NCBI RefSeq assembly: GCF_036321535.1
Contig: NC_087436.1
Coordinates: 76,758,001-76,822,000 of the forward strand
Direction: 5' to 3'
From: Camelus dromedarius
Lineage: Eukaryota
Length of the DNA stretch: 64,000 bases
Positions 51,896 through 64,000 of the stretch are shown in pieces. The notes under the pieces are model-generated. The model was not told the origin of the DNA. It made no database searches and saw only the letters and a program-made list of their open reading frames with translations. Positions within the stretch are counted from its first letter, which is position 1; the number at the start of each line of letters is the position of its first letter. Made by a program: the position numbers and the translations under genes.

Positions 51896-53564
51896 AAAAT
51901 GTTATACTCCAACTCTCTACACTTTTTTTGGAGAGATTTACCTCCGGTCATATCTAAGGTGCACTATCTGTTGCTGGCTTTGCACTTCAGCTGTTGAAAG
52001 AACTCAGTTGAATAAGACCTAATCTCTCCCAAGACCAGATATCAACACCACCATAAAACAAGCAAAGCTTTTTGCAGGGGATTACATTGATCAAAAGTGT
52101 ACACTCCTTTCCAGTGGCTTCTCATCATCCTTGAGGTGAATTCAAACTTCCTCAAGACAGAGGATGCCCTCCCTAGTGCGGTGCATGCCTAAATTCTAAA
52201 CCGTCTTTCACCTCTCCCTTTCCCTGGCACACTAGAACTCAGCCTAGGACTTCCCAAAGCATGCCAGAATAGCTCATAATTCCCCACACATTTCATCGGA
52301 AATGTCCTTCACCAACTGCCAATGTCTTATTCATTATTCAAAACTCAGTTTGGAGTCTGTAGCTCAGTCCAGTTTCTCTGAAATATCCCTAAACTCTGGC
52401 AAACCCCGACTCCTTTGTGTTCTTTACACACGTTGCTATTTGGGAACTTATAAGCCACCATTCACACTTTGCCCACAGTTCTGTGTGAGTTTCCACCTCA
52501 GACGATAATCAGTTTTGTTCCACCAGTTCCTAGCACTGTACTGGCCCATATTAGATTGCTAAGGGCTGAATGCAGAATTTTGCCTCTACCTCTCCCTGCT
52601 TTTAAACCTACTTAGGAAACATTTGCTATGATTCACTTCTCTCTAGGTCTACATACAAGCTCATACTCAGGGCTAGCTGCTCTTTAATATATATTTCTAA
52701 ATGTAAAATAAAGGTGCTTCTCTCTATTAAATAAGTTGCAGAAATTAGTAAACATTCATGTTTCTGAGGATAGGAAGCCCACCTGACATCCTGAAAACAC
52801 ACCTTGATGGTGTCCCTGAGTGATTTGCATAAAGAAATAAACCACGTGATTCACAATCTGCAGTGTCCCAGGGATGGAACGGATCTATTCTCACCACCTG
52901 ATGATGGAGTATCTCTACACCATGAGATATGAGGGTGGAGACTTCATCTGAGCATACCTAGCAACCTCCCAAAGAAGCCCATTTCAGTTTTCACAAGTGT
53001 CCTTTTAAAAATCATACGCTTTGATACTTTTGAGCCCTCTGGTCAACATTAAATGAAACTGCAAAGTAATGAAGGAAGGATATCCACCACGGTGACATTT
53101 AAATTAAAAAATAAGAAGCACAAATCACATTAAGACACCTTTTCCCTTTTAAATTTGAGACTCAAGAATGCTACGTAGCCTAAAATCGCCATATCTAAGA
53201 TAATCAAGATTACAACAGGAAACCGTTTGAGCATAAGTTGCTGTGGCAGGAAACTGATTAGTTCAGCAAAGAGACAGGATGCTTCTTGTCTCCACTGTTG
53301 TCTAAGTTAATTCTGTGCCTCGTCCATGGGCCAAGTGCTCTGAGATAAAGGATTACAAAGTTGTCTCATGAAAGGAGACTGAAGAACAATTAATAATAAA
53401 TGCAGGGGTAATATAAAGTACTGCCTGAAGTTGCAAGGAAGCTGAAATCAGTCAGCAACAGTGAGGGGGAAAAAAAGGGCCCTCACCTCATATTATGTAA
53501 AATGCTGCCGTGATCTACAGAATATAAAGTCCTGTGTAATGTTTTGATTAGACAAGAAATATTA

Positions 53565-54065
53565 CCAAAATAGGTTAGTTAATGGCCCCATAAAGATGTC
53601 CACAGCCTGATTCCCAGGAACTGTGAATATGTTGCCTTACAAGGCCAAAGAGACTTTGCAGACGTGACTAAGGTGAAAGACCTTAAGATAGGCATTTATC
53701 CTGGATTATCCAGGTGCCTCCAGCCTAATAACATGGTTCCTTAACATTGGAGGTCCTTTCCCAGATGGGTTCAGAGTCAGAGGGACATGTGACTACAAAA
53801 TAATCACAAAGATGCCATGTTGCTTTAAAAGTGGAGGAAGGGGCCCGTCAGGCAAGGAAGGGAGGTCACCTCTAGAAGCTGGAAAAGGCAAGAGGGCAGA
53901 CTTTCCTCCAGAGCATTAAGAAAGGAATGTACCCTTTCAGTCCAGTTTAGCCCAGTGAGACCCATGTTGGGTTTGTGATTATGTAACTGTTAGAGAACAA
54001 ATTTGTGTTGCTTTAAGCCATCAGATGTGCGATAATTTGCTACAGTAGTAACAGAAAGCTTCTAT
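53565..54065 (+). mobile_element. MLT1D-like (ERVL-MaLR) solo LTR
   Basis: aatggcccc..aaagatgtccac..tgtgaatatgttgcctta..gactttgcaga..tctagaagctggaaaaggcaag..aatttgtgttgctttaagcca. Confidence 0.9.
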
Positions 54066-54632
54066 CTACCCATATTATTTCAGAGGTTTTACTCAAATGT
54101 GAAAAATGACAACCTGAAACCAACTGTCATAATTTCAAAAGTGACTGTTTAACGGGTACCCTAACACCTACACATGACTTATTTATAGGATGTTTTTCTG
54201 AGAGGCAGACAGAGACGGTCCTGAAATAGTAGATTTCAGGTAATGAAAGAGTAATGAAAGATTCATTAAGCACTGAAAAATAAAAACAAAAACCTGACAG
54301 ATTATCAACCTCTCCCAATGAATCCGGCAGAACATATCATTCAATTTACTTGAAATTAAAACCCTTTATCCCTATAACCTTTCCTACCTTCTTCCCCGCT
54401 TCTTCCCCCAAACCTGACTGTGAAGTGTTTTTAGATGAAGTTTTATAATAAACATCTATTGGCATGCATGTTTTCCAGAATTTATTACAGTGATAAAAAT
54501 TATTAAAATTCAGTTTGCTAACTGAAACTTTGCTGTTGTTGAACCATGTGTCACTGATTCAGGTTTCAGGTCCTACTTTACACCTTGCTGTTTAAAAAAA
54601 AATGGGTAGAGTTGCAAATCCTTCTTACTCAC

Positions 54633-54728
54633 CACTTTGCAGCAAAGGGGCCAAAACCACCACATTAAACCGATGGCCAAGAGTAGCAGTAACACCAAAA
54701 TCGCGATGAGGGCTGCAATCCCATTAGA
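54633..54728 (-). CDS. ANTXR2: ANTXR2 exon 12 (96 nt): transmembrane helix and juxtamembrane Cys-Cys
   Basis: ctag|TCT AAT GGG ATT ... TGC TGC AAA GTG|gtgagt; encodes [32 protein letters not shown]; phase 0/0. Confidence 0.98.
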
Positions 54729-55018
54729 CTAGAAGAGGCAGAAAACAAAAACAAGGCAGTGAAGTTTAGGGACAAAGCCCAAAGACATGTTTTTTAAGGA
54801 AACAGCAGAAAATAATATGGAAAGCATCATGATATCAAACCTGATTTCCATCATATTCCTTTAAATTCTTTAAATTGAAAAAATTATCTTATAATCTGTT
54901 TGTATTGTATTCCCTTTTATTATATTTATATTGTATAATATATAAATATATCATAACCTATTTGTATTAAATTCCCTTATATTATGTTTTATATATATTA
55001 TGTTAAGACAGGCAATAA

Positions 55019-55157
55019 CAACAGGGAACTATATTCAATGGCTTGTAGTAACCTATAATGAAAAAGAATATAAAAATAATATTATATGTATAACTGAATC
55101 ACTAATATACAACACTGTAAATCAACTATATTTCAATTTTTAAAAATGGGGGGAGAA
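55019..55157 (+). mobile_element. Short L1 3' end
   Basis: acagggaactatattcaat..aacctataatgaaaaagaata..tgtaaatcaactata; TSD aagacaggcaataa (55005-55018) / aaggcaggcaataa (55158-55171). Confidence 0.85.
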
Positions 55158-56353
55158 AAGGCAGGCAATAAATACGAAAAACTTCCAAAATGTTTTAAAT
55201 TCGGCCATAAAAAAAATAAGGAAAATTACAATTTGAGATTGTACAGATCATCCATATGGTCCCTATCTTTTGTCTCTGGGGAAGGATTATTTTGGTTACA
55301 AGCATGATTACCTCTAGGCAGAATTTATGCAGAATTTCCCCAGATTTTTTGATAATGGAACACTATTTACTTTATATATTTAAATGATAGGACAAGATGA
55401 ATCTCAAAAATCACCAAGGAGATGACAAACAAACAATGATTCTTGTTAGCAAGTGGTGCATACCCATCGATGCAAGACGTGCATTCTCTTATCAGAAGAT
55501 CTCTCAGGGCAGCTGAACCACTACCCACACAAGAACCACACTGGTGTTCTTTCACTTCTTAAGGATGAGCTCCTCCAGCCCTAAGGCACCTGCTCTGGGC
55601 TCTGCCTCCTACCCCCTTCACCTACCAAGTACCTATTCATCAGAGAACTTAGCTTAAGCCACTTCCTCCAGAAGACTTCCTTGTAACCTCTGGCTAGAAA
55701 ATGCTCCTCCTTACTGTACAAAGGATAGTTCTCCACACTTTAATCTTTAGCATTATCACAATTTATGTGTTGATTATTTGCTTATTTTTGAGGTGAACTA
55801 CAATTATTTATTTAATTTGCTTTTTCTCTCTTCGCTGTGAGCCCTAGGAAGGCAGGGCCCATGTCCAACCTACTTACCAGTATATACTCTATGATCAGCA
55901 TTTAAATCTATTTACTAAGAGAATGAATTCCAAATAAATAAGACTGCAAAAGTCACAAACACACATAACAAAGAGTGTTTATTTTTTTTTTTTTAGTTCA
56001 GAGATAAAAGTTTCCAAGGGAACAAGGTGTCTCTTCCAAATCCCACTCTCCAGGATCCCCAGTTATCATGTTTTGTTCGTGTTTTGGTTTGTTTTTTAAG
56101 GGAAATATTTCAAGGAAGAACAAAAATAACTGTAAATAAATCAATACACTCTCTGGATGGAAATTTGGGCCTTTATAAGGCAGCTTTTCAGAGATACATT
56201 TACTGCCATTCAAAACAAATAAGACGTTTAAGCCCAGAAGTCAAGGAGGGAGCCATATGTATCCCAAGAGCTAACAGAGAGGCTGGGGTCGAGTGGGAAG
56301 AACCTGTCAGTATCCATCTTAGAATGGTGTTGTCTTAAAAGTAGTTTAGTCGA

Positions 56354-56421
56354 GGGACATTATTCTGAACACCAGAAATTGACACATTGTAACTGACTAT
56401 ACATCAGAAAAAGAAAAAAAA
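56354..56421 (+). mobile_element. Very short camelid-type L1 3' end
   Basis: gggacatta..acaccagaaattgacacattgtaactgactatac plus A tail; similar to 31876-32030. Confidence 0.75.
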
Positions 56422-57651
56422 GCAGTCTATGGGTCTAATGTTAAGCACATTGCTCAAATTCTTGGTGCCTCTGTTTTCTAATCTACAAAATAAGAAAGTC
56501 AGCTGTTCCCAAGGCATGAAACTCTGTGGCAAAGGATATCACTCTTTAAAAAGCACTGTGCACATTAACATATTTTTAAAGCTCTGGATGGTTTTGTAGT
56601 AAAAAAACAAAAGTAAGTCCAAGTTGTATCAGCACAGAATCTTTTTTATTTTTCATAACGTTATCAATATCCTACAGAAGTAGGATTCCCTAGAATCCAT
56701 TTTGGGAAATGCTAGGATTGAACAAAGCTAAGAGGTTTTCTGATGTTGAAGCAACAGTGGTAGTAGGATTTAATCAGAACATTTAAAAATGTAATTTGAA
56801 TTGCAATATATAATTACCTATGCACAAAAAGAGCTAACAATCTTTATGTAGACAGTTATTTGTAAATAACTGAAGAGAGAAGGTAGTTTTCAGAAATAGC
56901 AGGGAGTGCTAGCAAAATATACTTGGTTTAGCTGATCAGAAAAATCTTGAAATGTGTGTCATCATTTCCCTATATTATCTGATATTTTCACAATGGAAAA
57001 CAAAAGAGAGAGATTACCATAGAGTAGATGGAAACTATCTCCAAATAAATCAATTTCCAAAGATATTGGTTGTTAGTAGCCTTTCAGTTTTAATAAATCT
57101 ATTAAAAATAACTTTAAAAATAATTCTCAGAGCAGCATAGACCATAAAACATTCATTAATTTCAGAAATTTTTAGGAAAAGATTAAGAATCAAGTATACA
57201 TGATCAACTAAAGTATCCTTTGATTTCTAATTTTGCATCTGAATGTAAGAGGGAATAACCACACAAAATATTTATATAGCAGACGGTAGGTTGCAAATTA
57301 ACCAAAACAGACACCACCAAAATACCACCTAGAATCTTTATCATTTCATTTATTTTTCAGAAAACAATGAAAATAACTACAGAAACTTTACATACACAGA
57401 CACACACACACACACACACACACAATATCTTCATAAAGCTTTACCACTTACCAGTAGACCATTCTTAAGGCACTTCAAGATGTTATCAAATATTTATCGT
57501 AAAGAATTATTTTAAAATACAAGAATTGAAAAGACATGCATTCGTCTAGTAACTTCTTGATGTAGAGTTTGTTAGAATGGAGATGTAAGCTCGGCATGTG
57601 GTTACTGATGTGTCCTAAACATCTAAATCAGTGTCTTGCACATAGAAAGCT

Positions 57652-57715
57652 GCGTGTGTGTGTGTGTGTGTGTGTGTGTTTGATTCAGAGAGAGAGAGAG
57701 AGAGAGAGGAGAGAG
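57652..57715. repeat. Compound (TG)n-(GA)n microsatellite
   Basis: Direct reading. Confidence 0.92.
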
Positions 57716-60005
57716 ATAAATACCTTACAGAAATTTTCCAGGCAAATAATCTAAGTTCTCTGTCCTCAAAACCAAAGAAAGTAATTCAGAACACATATGA
57801 CACTTATGAAATACTCCAAGTGTATCTTTCTACCCAGAATTCTAAACATTCAAGAAGAAATCATGCAGCTCCCCACAGGCTTGATTACACTAAGCTCTAA
57901 AATCTGGACAAATAAGAACATAACAGGAAAGGAATGTCAAAGAAATACATAGAAAACTATAATATCCTTTGGGACAAATGTTGTCAAATCTATAAATTCA
58001 TGATTCCACCTTCAAATATAAGGTCTTATATAAGATAGCCCCAATCTGTGACACGTATGGAATGTAAACAACATTCCCCACCAGACCTTCCCCACATGAG
58101 GATCGAGCCACAGCACCCATGGAAATGGCTCACCGCTTGGCTGTTCTACACAACTTTCTAAAGGGTTCTATGAACATTCGTTTCCCCCTTTTCTTAGAAT
58201 CAAATCCTGTGTTCAGAAATAAGGATGTAAAACTAGAGGGTGTGAATATACTAAAAGTTTAGTGGTTAGGGTTTTCTTTCTACAAATGTGTCATGAGCAG
58301 GGAATTTGGAAAATGATACTGATGGAATATAAAGTAGATGGGGTAGCCATGACAGGCAGTTAAAATTCTTGGATTTTCTGTCAAAAAATGCCCCTATTAG
58401 GAACACTGACAAAACACTATGCACATCCAGATGTAACTATACATTTAATGTGATAATATTCTCTCAAATGATTCCAAACATCTGTCTGTAAGAATACTGA
58501 CTATGAAAACACACACTTTTGAAAGACCTACAGACCTAATCTTTATCATATTAAGCTAAGCATGATGGAAAACAAGTCAGAAGAAGCAAAGAATTTAATG
58601 CAACCCAACCTCATCGTAAACACAGCTCTGGAGACCCTGGTCCCAGACACTAGCTCGGCTAACTGGATACAAACCGAGGCTTCCCCAGTTCCTTTGTTTA
58701 GATTTGCCAAAGCCATTATCAGAGCATGAAAGGCTTCAGTCATGAAAGGGAAATCATTTCATTGTTCACATAACTTTATAAACAATTAAGGAAAGGTCAA
58801 ACACATAGATTTCAGTCGCATGAGCAGACACCATGCTGAAAACAGCAGACTTCAGAGTCAGATGGAACTAGCTATGATTATGCACAGATCTGTATCACAG
58901 GTGGAAGCTAAAAGCTTCACTCCTGTTTAGGCAGTGCTGCTCTTTAAATACTAGATAGTTAAGGAACTGCCAAAGCGATCGTGTGAGATGAGTCCTCATG
59001 AAGCCCACGGGTTAGCTGGAGAGATAACCCTTGAACAAGTGAACAAATAATCAGAACCGTGAGGAGTGTGGAAGGAGAGCACAACAGAAACAGGGCAAAG
59101 TGGGAACTAGGCCGTGCAGGCTTCGAGAGGGCCTCCTGAGGAAGAATATGGAAGCCCAGGAAGGGAGTCGGGGCAGAAGCAGTGGCTTCTTGCAAGAACA
59201 AGAAAAGACGACTTTGGCTGGAACATAGTTTGGTGGGGTGGAGGGGCAGTTGTTGGTTGCAGCTGAAGCAGCTGAAGAAAATACAGGAAACACAAATTTT
59301 TGGAAAGCAGTAATCTCTTTATTACAGAGACAATTGGCCACTTGTTGGATTAATGTCCATTTGTTAGATGACTTTCCAGTCAGCCATTTGTAGGATCAAT
59401 TGTTCCTAGCTAACCATAGTTCTGACAGGCAGCATTTTCAAGTGTCTACAAAGACAAGTTAGCCGAGGAGTCCGGTTGGAGACTTAGTACCCACATGGTG
59501 ATCAAGGCTGTGAAGCCAAAACTCTCTTAAGGTTTACCCGGGGACACACCAGACCCTTGAGCTTGATTATAGGGTAAAAGGAATATATATTTTCTAATCA
59601 TCCTGGACACATTCAGTTTTGAACTTCATCTGCACCTAATTTCCTTTTCTTTATCGAAAACAAGTTATTATGTTCAATCAAAAACTTTAATCTGCCAAAC
59701 AGAACTGAAATTCTAGCTAACAGAATCATAGAAGTGTAAAAACAAATCAGAGTCACTACGTACTTGCAAAATAACTATGGGAAGAGAAGAAGCACTCAAA
59801 AATTTCAAAACTATATGACTAGCATGTTGCAATCTAGCTAGAAAATAATTAATCATAGCAACAACATTAGAATAACACTGACACAGAAAAGGGGAAATAG
59901 GTCTCCACAATTTTGTTTCCATGAAATTAGAGCTAGGGGGAGAAAAAACAGTCATGGAAGAGGTGATGATTTCATTTCATTTGATTCTTTTGAAATATTC
60001 CATAT

Positions 60006-60320
60006 CAGGAATTAGTAAACTATGGCCCGAAGGCCAAATCAGCTCATCTATTTCATAAGATGCCTGGCAAGCTAATTTTTTTTTACATTATTACATTTCT
60101 GATAAAAATCAAGAGAAAAGGATATTACATGAAATTAAAATGTCAGTGAACACAGTTTTGTTGAACACAGCCACGCCCATTTGTTTATATAATGTCTCCG
60201 GCCCCCTTTGGGCTACAATGGCAGAATTGGGTAGTGGGACAGAAAGTGCATTGCCCCCCAAAGCCTAACGTATTTACTCTCTGATCTTTTACAAAAAAAA
60301 AAAAAAATGCTAACCTCTGT
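60006..60320 (+). mobile_element. MER58(B)-like hAT-Charlie DNA transposon
   Basis: cagg..aaactatggcccg..ggccaaatc...aacacagccacgcccatttgttta...aaagcctaa..tatttact.tctg...tgctaacctctg. Confidence 0.85.
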
Positions 60321-60609
60321 CTTAACATAGATCAAATTGGGATCTGGTAACAAATGGCAGATTGTACAAGTATTCAGGCTGGGGAAAGACAGGCTTGGGT
60401 TCCAACTCAAGCATTTACTCGACTGTGAAACTGAGAAGCAATCCAATCTCCAGAGCCTCCAGGCTCCAACTCCCCCCTTTCCAGGGAGCAGTGAAATCAG
60501 CCAATATTCTGCTCATCAAGCTCTGGACCCTGCTGAGGGCTGGGTGCACCTACTAGAAGAAGCACTTTCTAAAGCGTTTGCATAAATGTGCTCTGAAGAT
60601 TGGAGGTGG

Positions 60610-60780
60610 CTCTCTGTTCCTCAGTTTTCTCATCTGTAAAATTAAGGTCATGGTAATAGCCTCCTCTAGAGTGGTGAGTATTAAATGAAATCATAAACTG
60701 CTTAGCACATGTATAACACTTGGCACAGTGTCTGGCATTTAATATGTGCTCAGAAAACATGTTCTCAGTATTATTATTCC
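60610..60780 (+). mobile_element. MIR SINE
   Basis: tctctgttcctcagttttctcatctgtaaaat...attaaatga...gcacagtgtctggca. Confidence 0.88.
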
Positions 60781-60982
60781 AAAAGAGTCAGAAGAGCAGC
60801 GATTCCAAGGGGAAAAAAAAAATCTTTCACTGAATTATTTTAAGTGGAGACACATTTAGGAAATCTCCTGAGACAGATGAAGAGAATGGACTGCCTAAAT
60901 CCAAACCTTCCTCAGACTCTAATCTTGAATCTCTTAAATCTAAACCTTAGTTTCCCCACTTTGAAACTGAATGTACAATTAC

Positions 60983-61180
60983 TTTCATTCACTCATTTAA
61001 CAAATAATTTTGGAGCACTGTCAGGACCCGGCACTGAGAGGGAGGCAACGAGCAAGACACGGGCTCTGCTGTCCTCGTCTCAAGACTGTTGAGAGACACC
61101 AAGAAGTAAACAGGAAATTACAGCCCAGTGACATAAGTGCCTTAATAGGACTGAGCCCGGATGCTCTTGGAGAACACAGA
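60983..61180 (-). mobile_element. L2 LINE 3' end
   Basis: ttcattcactcatttaacaaata.tt..gagcac..caggacccggcactg. Confidence 0.65.
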
Positions 61181-61864
61181 GGGCCTTCTTTATTTGTGGC
61201 ATTTCCACAAGGATTAATCAATTGCTAAAGCAATGGTTTTTTATTTTGTTTCACTTTTCAATGCCTGTGAAGAGCCAAAAGCATCATCTTAGAATGAGTA
61301 AGATTACCAACTGCATCTCACCTATTTATGTCATTCTAATATGCCTAAAGGCTGCGTAGCATGTAAATACAATGCCTGGTATTTATCATAATGTTACCCA
61401 TTGTCCTCTTCTATTCTGAATAGGGATTTAATGCACACATCTGCAGGCACATTCTCATCAGCTCCAGCTTCACGTCCCATATCTATGAAATGGTAATATT
61501 ACTGCCACACACCAGAGGTATTTGAGTTTGAATCAAAACAATGGTCAAATCTAATATGAAAAAAAAATTATCCCGTGATTATTATTGATATTATTATTAT
61601 ATTATTATATAATATTATACTATTATATTATATTATTTATTACCCTATAATAATTAGTGAAATAATAAAATTCACACAGAAGACTGCAAATCATCAACCT
61701 AGGCTGAAGCAGCAAGGTCACCGTGACCCCTTTGACCGCTCCTCCTTCCCCTCCCTGAAGCATCTGATGCTGCTCCTTTCATGTTGGCCTCTTCATATGT
61801 GTAAGTATCCTCGTTTTCCCACGTCTTGTGCTGTTCCTTCTCTTATTCACTTCATTTATTCTAC

Positions 61865-62522
61865 AGTCCAAGAAGGACTTACATTTTCCCTGAGCCTGAT
61901 TAAACTTTAAACAAATTTCTTCTGGACAATAGGTCCTCGACCTCCCTTTTTCTAGAGAAAAAAACTTAGAAAACTTTATAATTGCAAAATCTTTTTCTGC
62001 CTCTTTGAAATGTGTATAAATCTCCTTTAAAGTCTTTTTCCAGTTTTACAGATCCCAGGGGGAATGTCTTTCTTGATCTGAGAGCCATCATCAAAGAAGG
62101 TGGTGCCCCCAACTCCCAGTCTCCATGAGAGGGTAGGAGCCTCACTTTAATGAGTGCCTTGCTCCAAGTTTTAACACTACCTCCTATCAGGAGAATAGGA
62201 AAAAGATGACTTTCCCTTCAGGTAAGGTCAGTTAGCAGAGACAGGTGGCCTGCAATTCCCTCCACTCCAGCTCTTAAACTCTCCAGCTCTCACTAAATGT
62301 GTCGTGATAATCATGTCATGTAAGTCGAATCATTATGCTGTACACCTTAAACTTACACAGCACTGTATGTCAATTACATCTCAATGAAATTAGAAGGAAA
62401 AAAACAGCTCTCTAGCCCTTTATCTCAGCAGAGTTGAGTTCATCTCTCTTCTCTATTGTAATAGTCTTGGATAAGGTCTTCCTTACCTTTTTAACTTTGT
62501 CCAGTGGAATTTTTCTCTATCA
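61865..62522 (+). mobile_element. ERV1-type (MER4-group, MER39/MER93-like) solo LTR
   Basis: gacctccctttttctagag..ttagaaaactt..tctgcctctttgaaatgt..ctcccagtctc..gagggtaggagcct..ctattgtaatagtcttg.ataa.gtcttcctta; 5' boundary approximate. Confidence 0.7.
62292..62404 (+). mobile_element. L1MC-like 3' end nested in the LTR
   Basis: atcattatgctgtacaccttaaacttacacag..tgtatgtcaatta.atctcaat plus A tail; TSD cagctctc on both sides. Confidence 0.8.
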
Positions 62523-62750
62523 CTAGGTATTCCTCCCACTCCAAGAATAAAGGAGGAAAGGAGAGAAGGAAAAAGGAAGGAAGGAAGGAAAGAGGAAAGG
62601 AAAGAAGGACCAGACAAATCATTGGTTATCTTTTCCTCAATTAAAGGATATTTTAAATTAAAATGCAGAAAGAACAATTTCAGAATAAAAGAGTTCTTTC
62701 AAATTGAGTAAGTCTAGGATTGTGAAAAATGCAATCCATTTTCTTACCTT

Positions 62751-63282
62751 TTTATTAGTTTGGAGATTATTAGTTTACTACAAAAGACAGACATGGAAGT
62801 TATTTACCTGATGAAAGATTTCAGAACTTTAGTGTAACGTGCAGTCTCACTTGATGCCATTTTAATAGCAACTTATTTCAGTCTTACAGATTTTCCAAGA
62901 ATGTCACCATCTCTAAATAAAAAAATAAACCCCTGCTTTCCAGAACAACTTTGGTGCCTCTGTATTCTGAGAGAAGAAATTCACATTTAACTTTCACATG
63001 AACTGGTTGGATCTCTCCACCCCTGCCTTTAGAGCCGGATCCAATAGCCAATATTGTTGCTTGCAATACTTTTTCCTGGCATTTTTTCTGGAGGCATCAT
63101 GCCTCCTTTGGTTACAATTTCGGCTGCCCTCCTTTCAACTAGTTCTAGATCAAAGAGGGGAAGAAACTTTCTAAATGCCTGTCGTGTGGTGACTCTAGTT
63201 GCTGAAGTTCGTATCCCACTCTGATAACCACAGCTCAAGGAGAGAGCCGTAGTCTGGCCCTTGGGACACGTGAACGTGGGAG
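62751..63282 (-). pseudogene. HSPE1: HSPE1 (Hsp10, chaperonin 10) processed pseudogene, full length with UTRs
   Basis: Intronless QAFRKFLPLFD..LVER.AAE.VTKGG.M.PEK / QAT..A.GSGSKG.GGEIQPV.VKV..LL.EY.GTKVVL / DGDILGK spread over shifted frames. ATG is replaced by ACC (63190-63188). Frameshifts near 63070, 62920 and 62885. HSPE1-like 3'UTR and A-tail remnant. TSD attttcttacctt (62738-62750) / attttctttcctt (63283-63295). Confidence 0.95.
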
Positions 63283-63461
63283 ATTTTCTTTCCTTCTTTC
63301 ACTTCAACGCTGACATCTCTGTCTGCTGAAGTTTAGAGAACCACAGATCTATAGGATGAACTCTGGACTTTTTTTTTAGGCTACTGATAATCTGGTCTAA
63401 ATTTTCCATTTCCAAGGCTTCCACTATTTTTACTCCAGCCAAATATATCTCCTCTCTCGAT

Positions 63462-63700
63462 TTATTTTTGTTAATTAATTTATTTTTATTAAAGCATAGT
63501 TGCGTTACAATATTGTGTTAGCTTCAGATGTACAGCATAGTGATTCAGTATTTTTGCAGATTATATTCTTTTATAGGTTATTACAAACTAACTGGTATAG
63601 TTCCCTGTACTATACAGTAAATCCTTGTTGCTTATCTATTTTGTATATAGTAGTTTGTGTCTGTTAATCCCGTACCCCTATTTTGTTCTTCCTCCTTTCA
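63462..63700 (-). mobile_element. L1 3'UTR fragment
   Basis: ttacaatattgtgttag..gtacagcatagtgattcag..atagttccctgtactatacagta.atccttgttg. Confidence 0.88.
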
Positions 63701-63759
63701 GTTTCTGTTTGCTATCTACCTGTATAATGCTTTCCCACCTTTTCTCCTTGCCTAAGACC

Positions 63760-64000
63760 TGTGCTGTCTTTCAAGACTCAGTTCATCTCAGTTCCTCCAT
63801 AAATACAAAACCTTTCTCTGGTTTTCTTTCCCTTCTTGCTCTACCTCCCTAAAAGCTCTTTTTTCCATTAAAAAAAAAAAAAAGAATTTGGTTGACTCTT
63901 TCATTCCACACAACTCCCAAATGTGTACCTCCAATCCAGATCTCTTTTTTGAACTCCAGACTGTATTCAGTAGCCTTTCTGACATTTCCACTGAGATGAT
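63760..64000 (+). mobile_element. L2 LINE fragment
   Basis: actcccaaat..acctcca..ccaga.ctct..tgaactccagact.tattc..gacatttccact.agatg. Confidence 0.6.

Noticed and set aside
57395..57680. (CA)n and (TG)n tracts able to pair
   Set aside because: Both repeats are very common; no evidence of function
54729..64000. ANTXR2 exon 11 (...SVISGSLIVTATEC-like)
   Set aside because: Not found; probably just beyond the right edge

Overview
AT-rich mammalian genomic DNA, most likely camelid (camel, alpaca or llama), judged from a Vic-1-type tRNA-derived SINE and camelid-type L1 3' ends. The window lies inside ANTXR2 (CMG2, anthrax toxin receptor 2) on the minus strand. Five coding exons are resolved to the base with canonical AG/GT boundaries (exons 12-16 by human numbering: the transmembrane helix and most of the cytoplasmic tail). 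Exon 16 also reads through into an alternative terminal extension with its own poly(A) signal. I found neither exon 11 nor exon 17, so both probably lie outside the window. The rest is intron containing L1, L2, L3/CR1, MIR, MLT1, ERV1-type LTR, Tigger and hAT elements, microsatellites, an intragenic CpG island (~30.95-31.5 kb) and a full-length HSPE1 (Hsp10) processed pseudogene with target-site duplications (TSDs). There is no prokaryotic-type system (operon, CRISPR, defence island), and nearly all ORF-track entries are chance or repeat-derived. The best leads are: (1) the sense-oriented HSPE1 retrocopy upstream of the TM exon, which supplies a candidate splice acceptor, early stops and an AATAAA and could give a soluble receptor; (2) a lengthened, Cys-rich read-through C-terminus; (3) the orphan CpG island with outward-facing splice donors. 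All three are hypotheses. Repeat subfamily names and human comparisons come from memory, not from searches.
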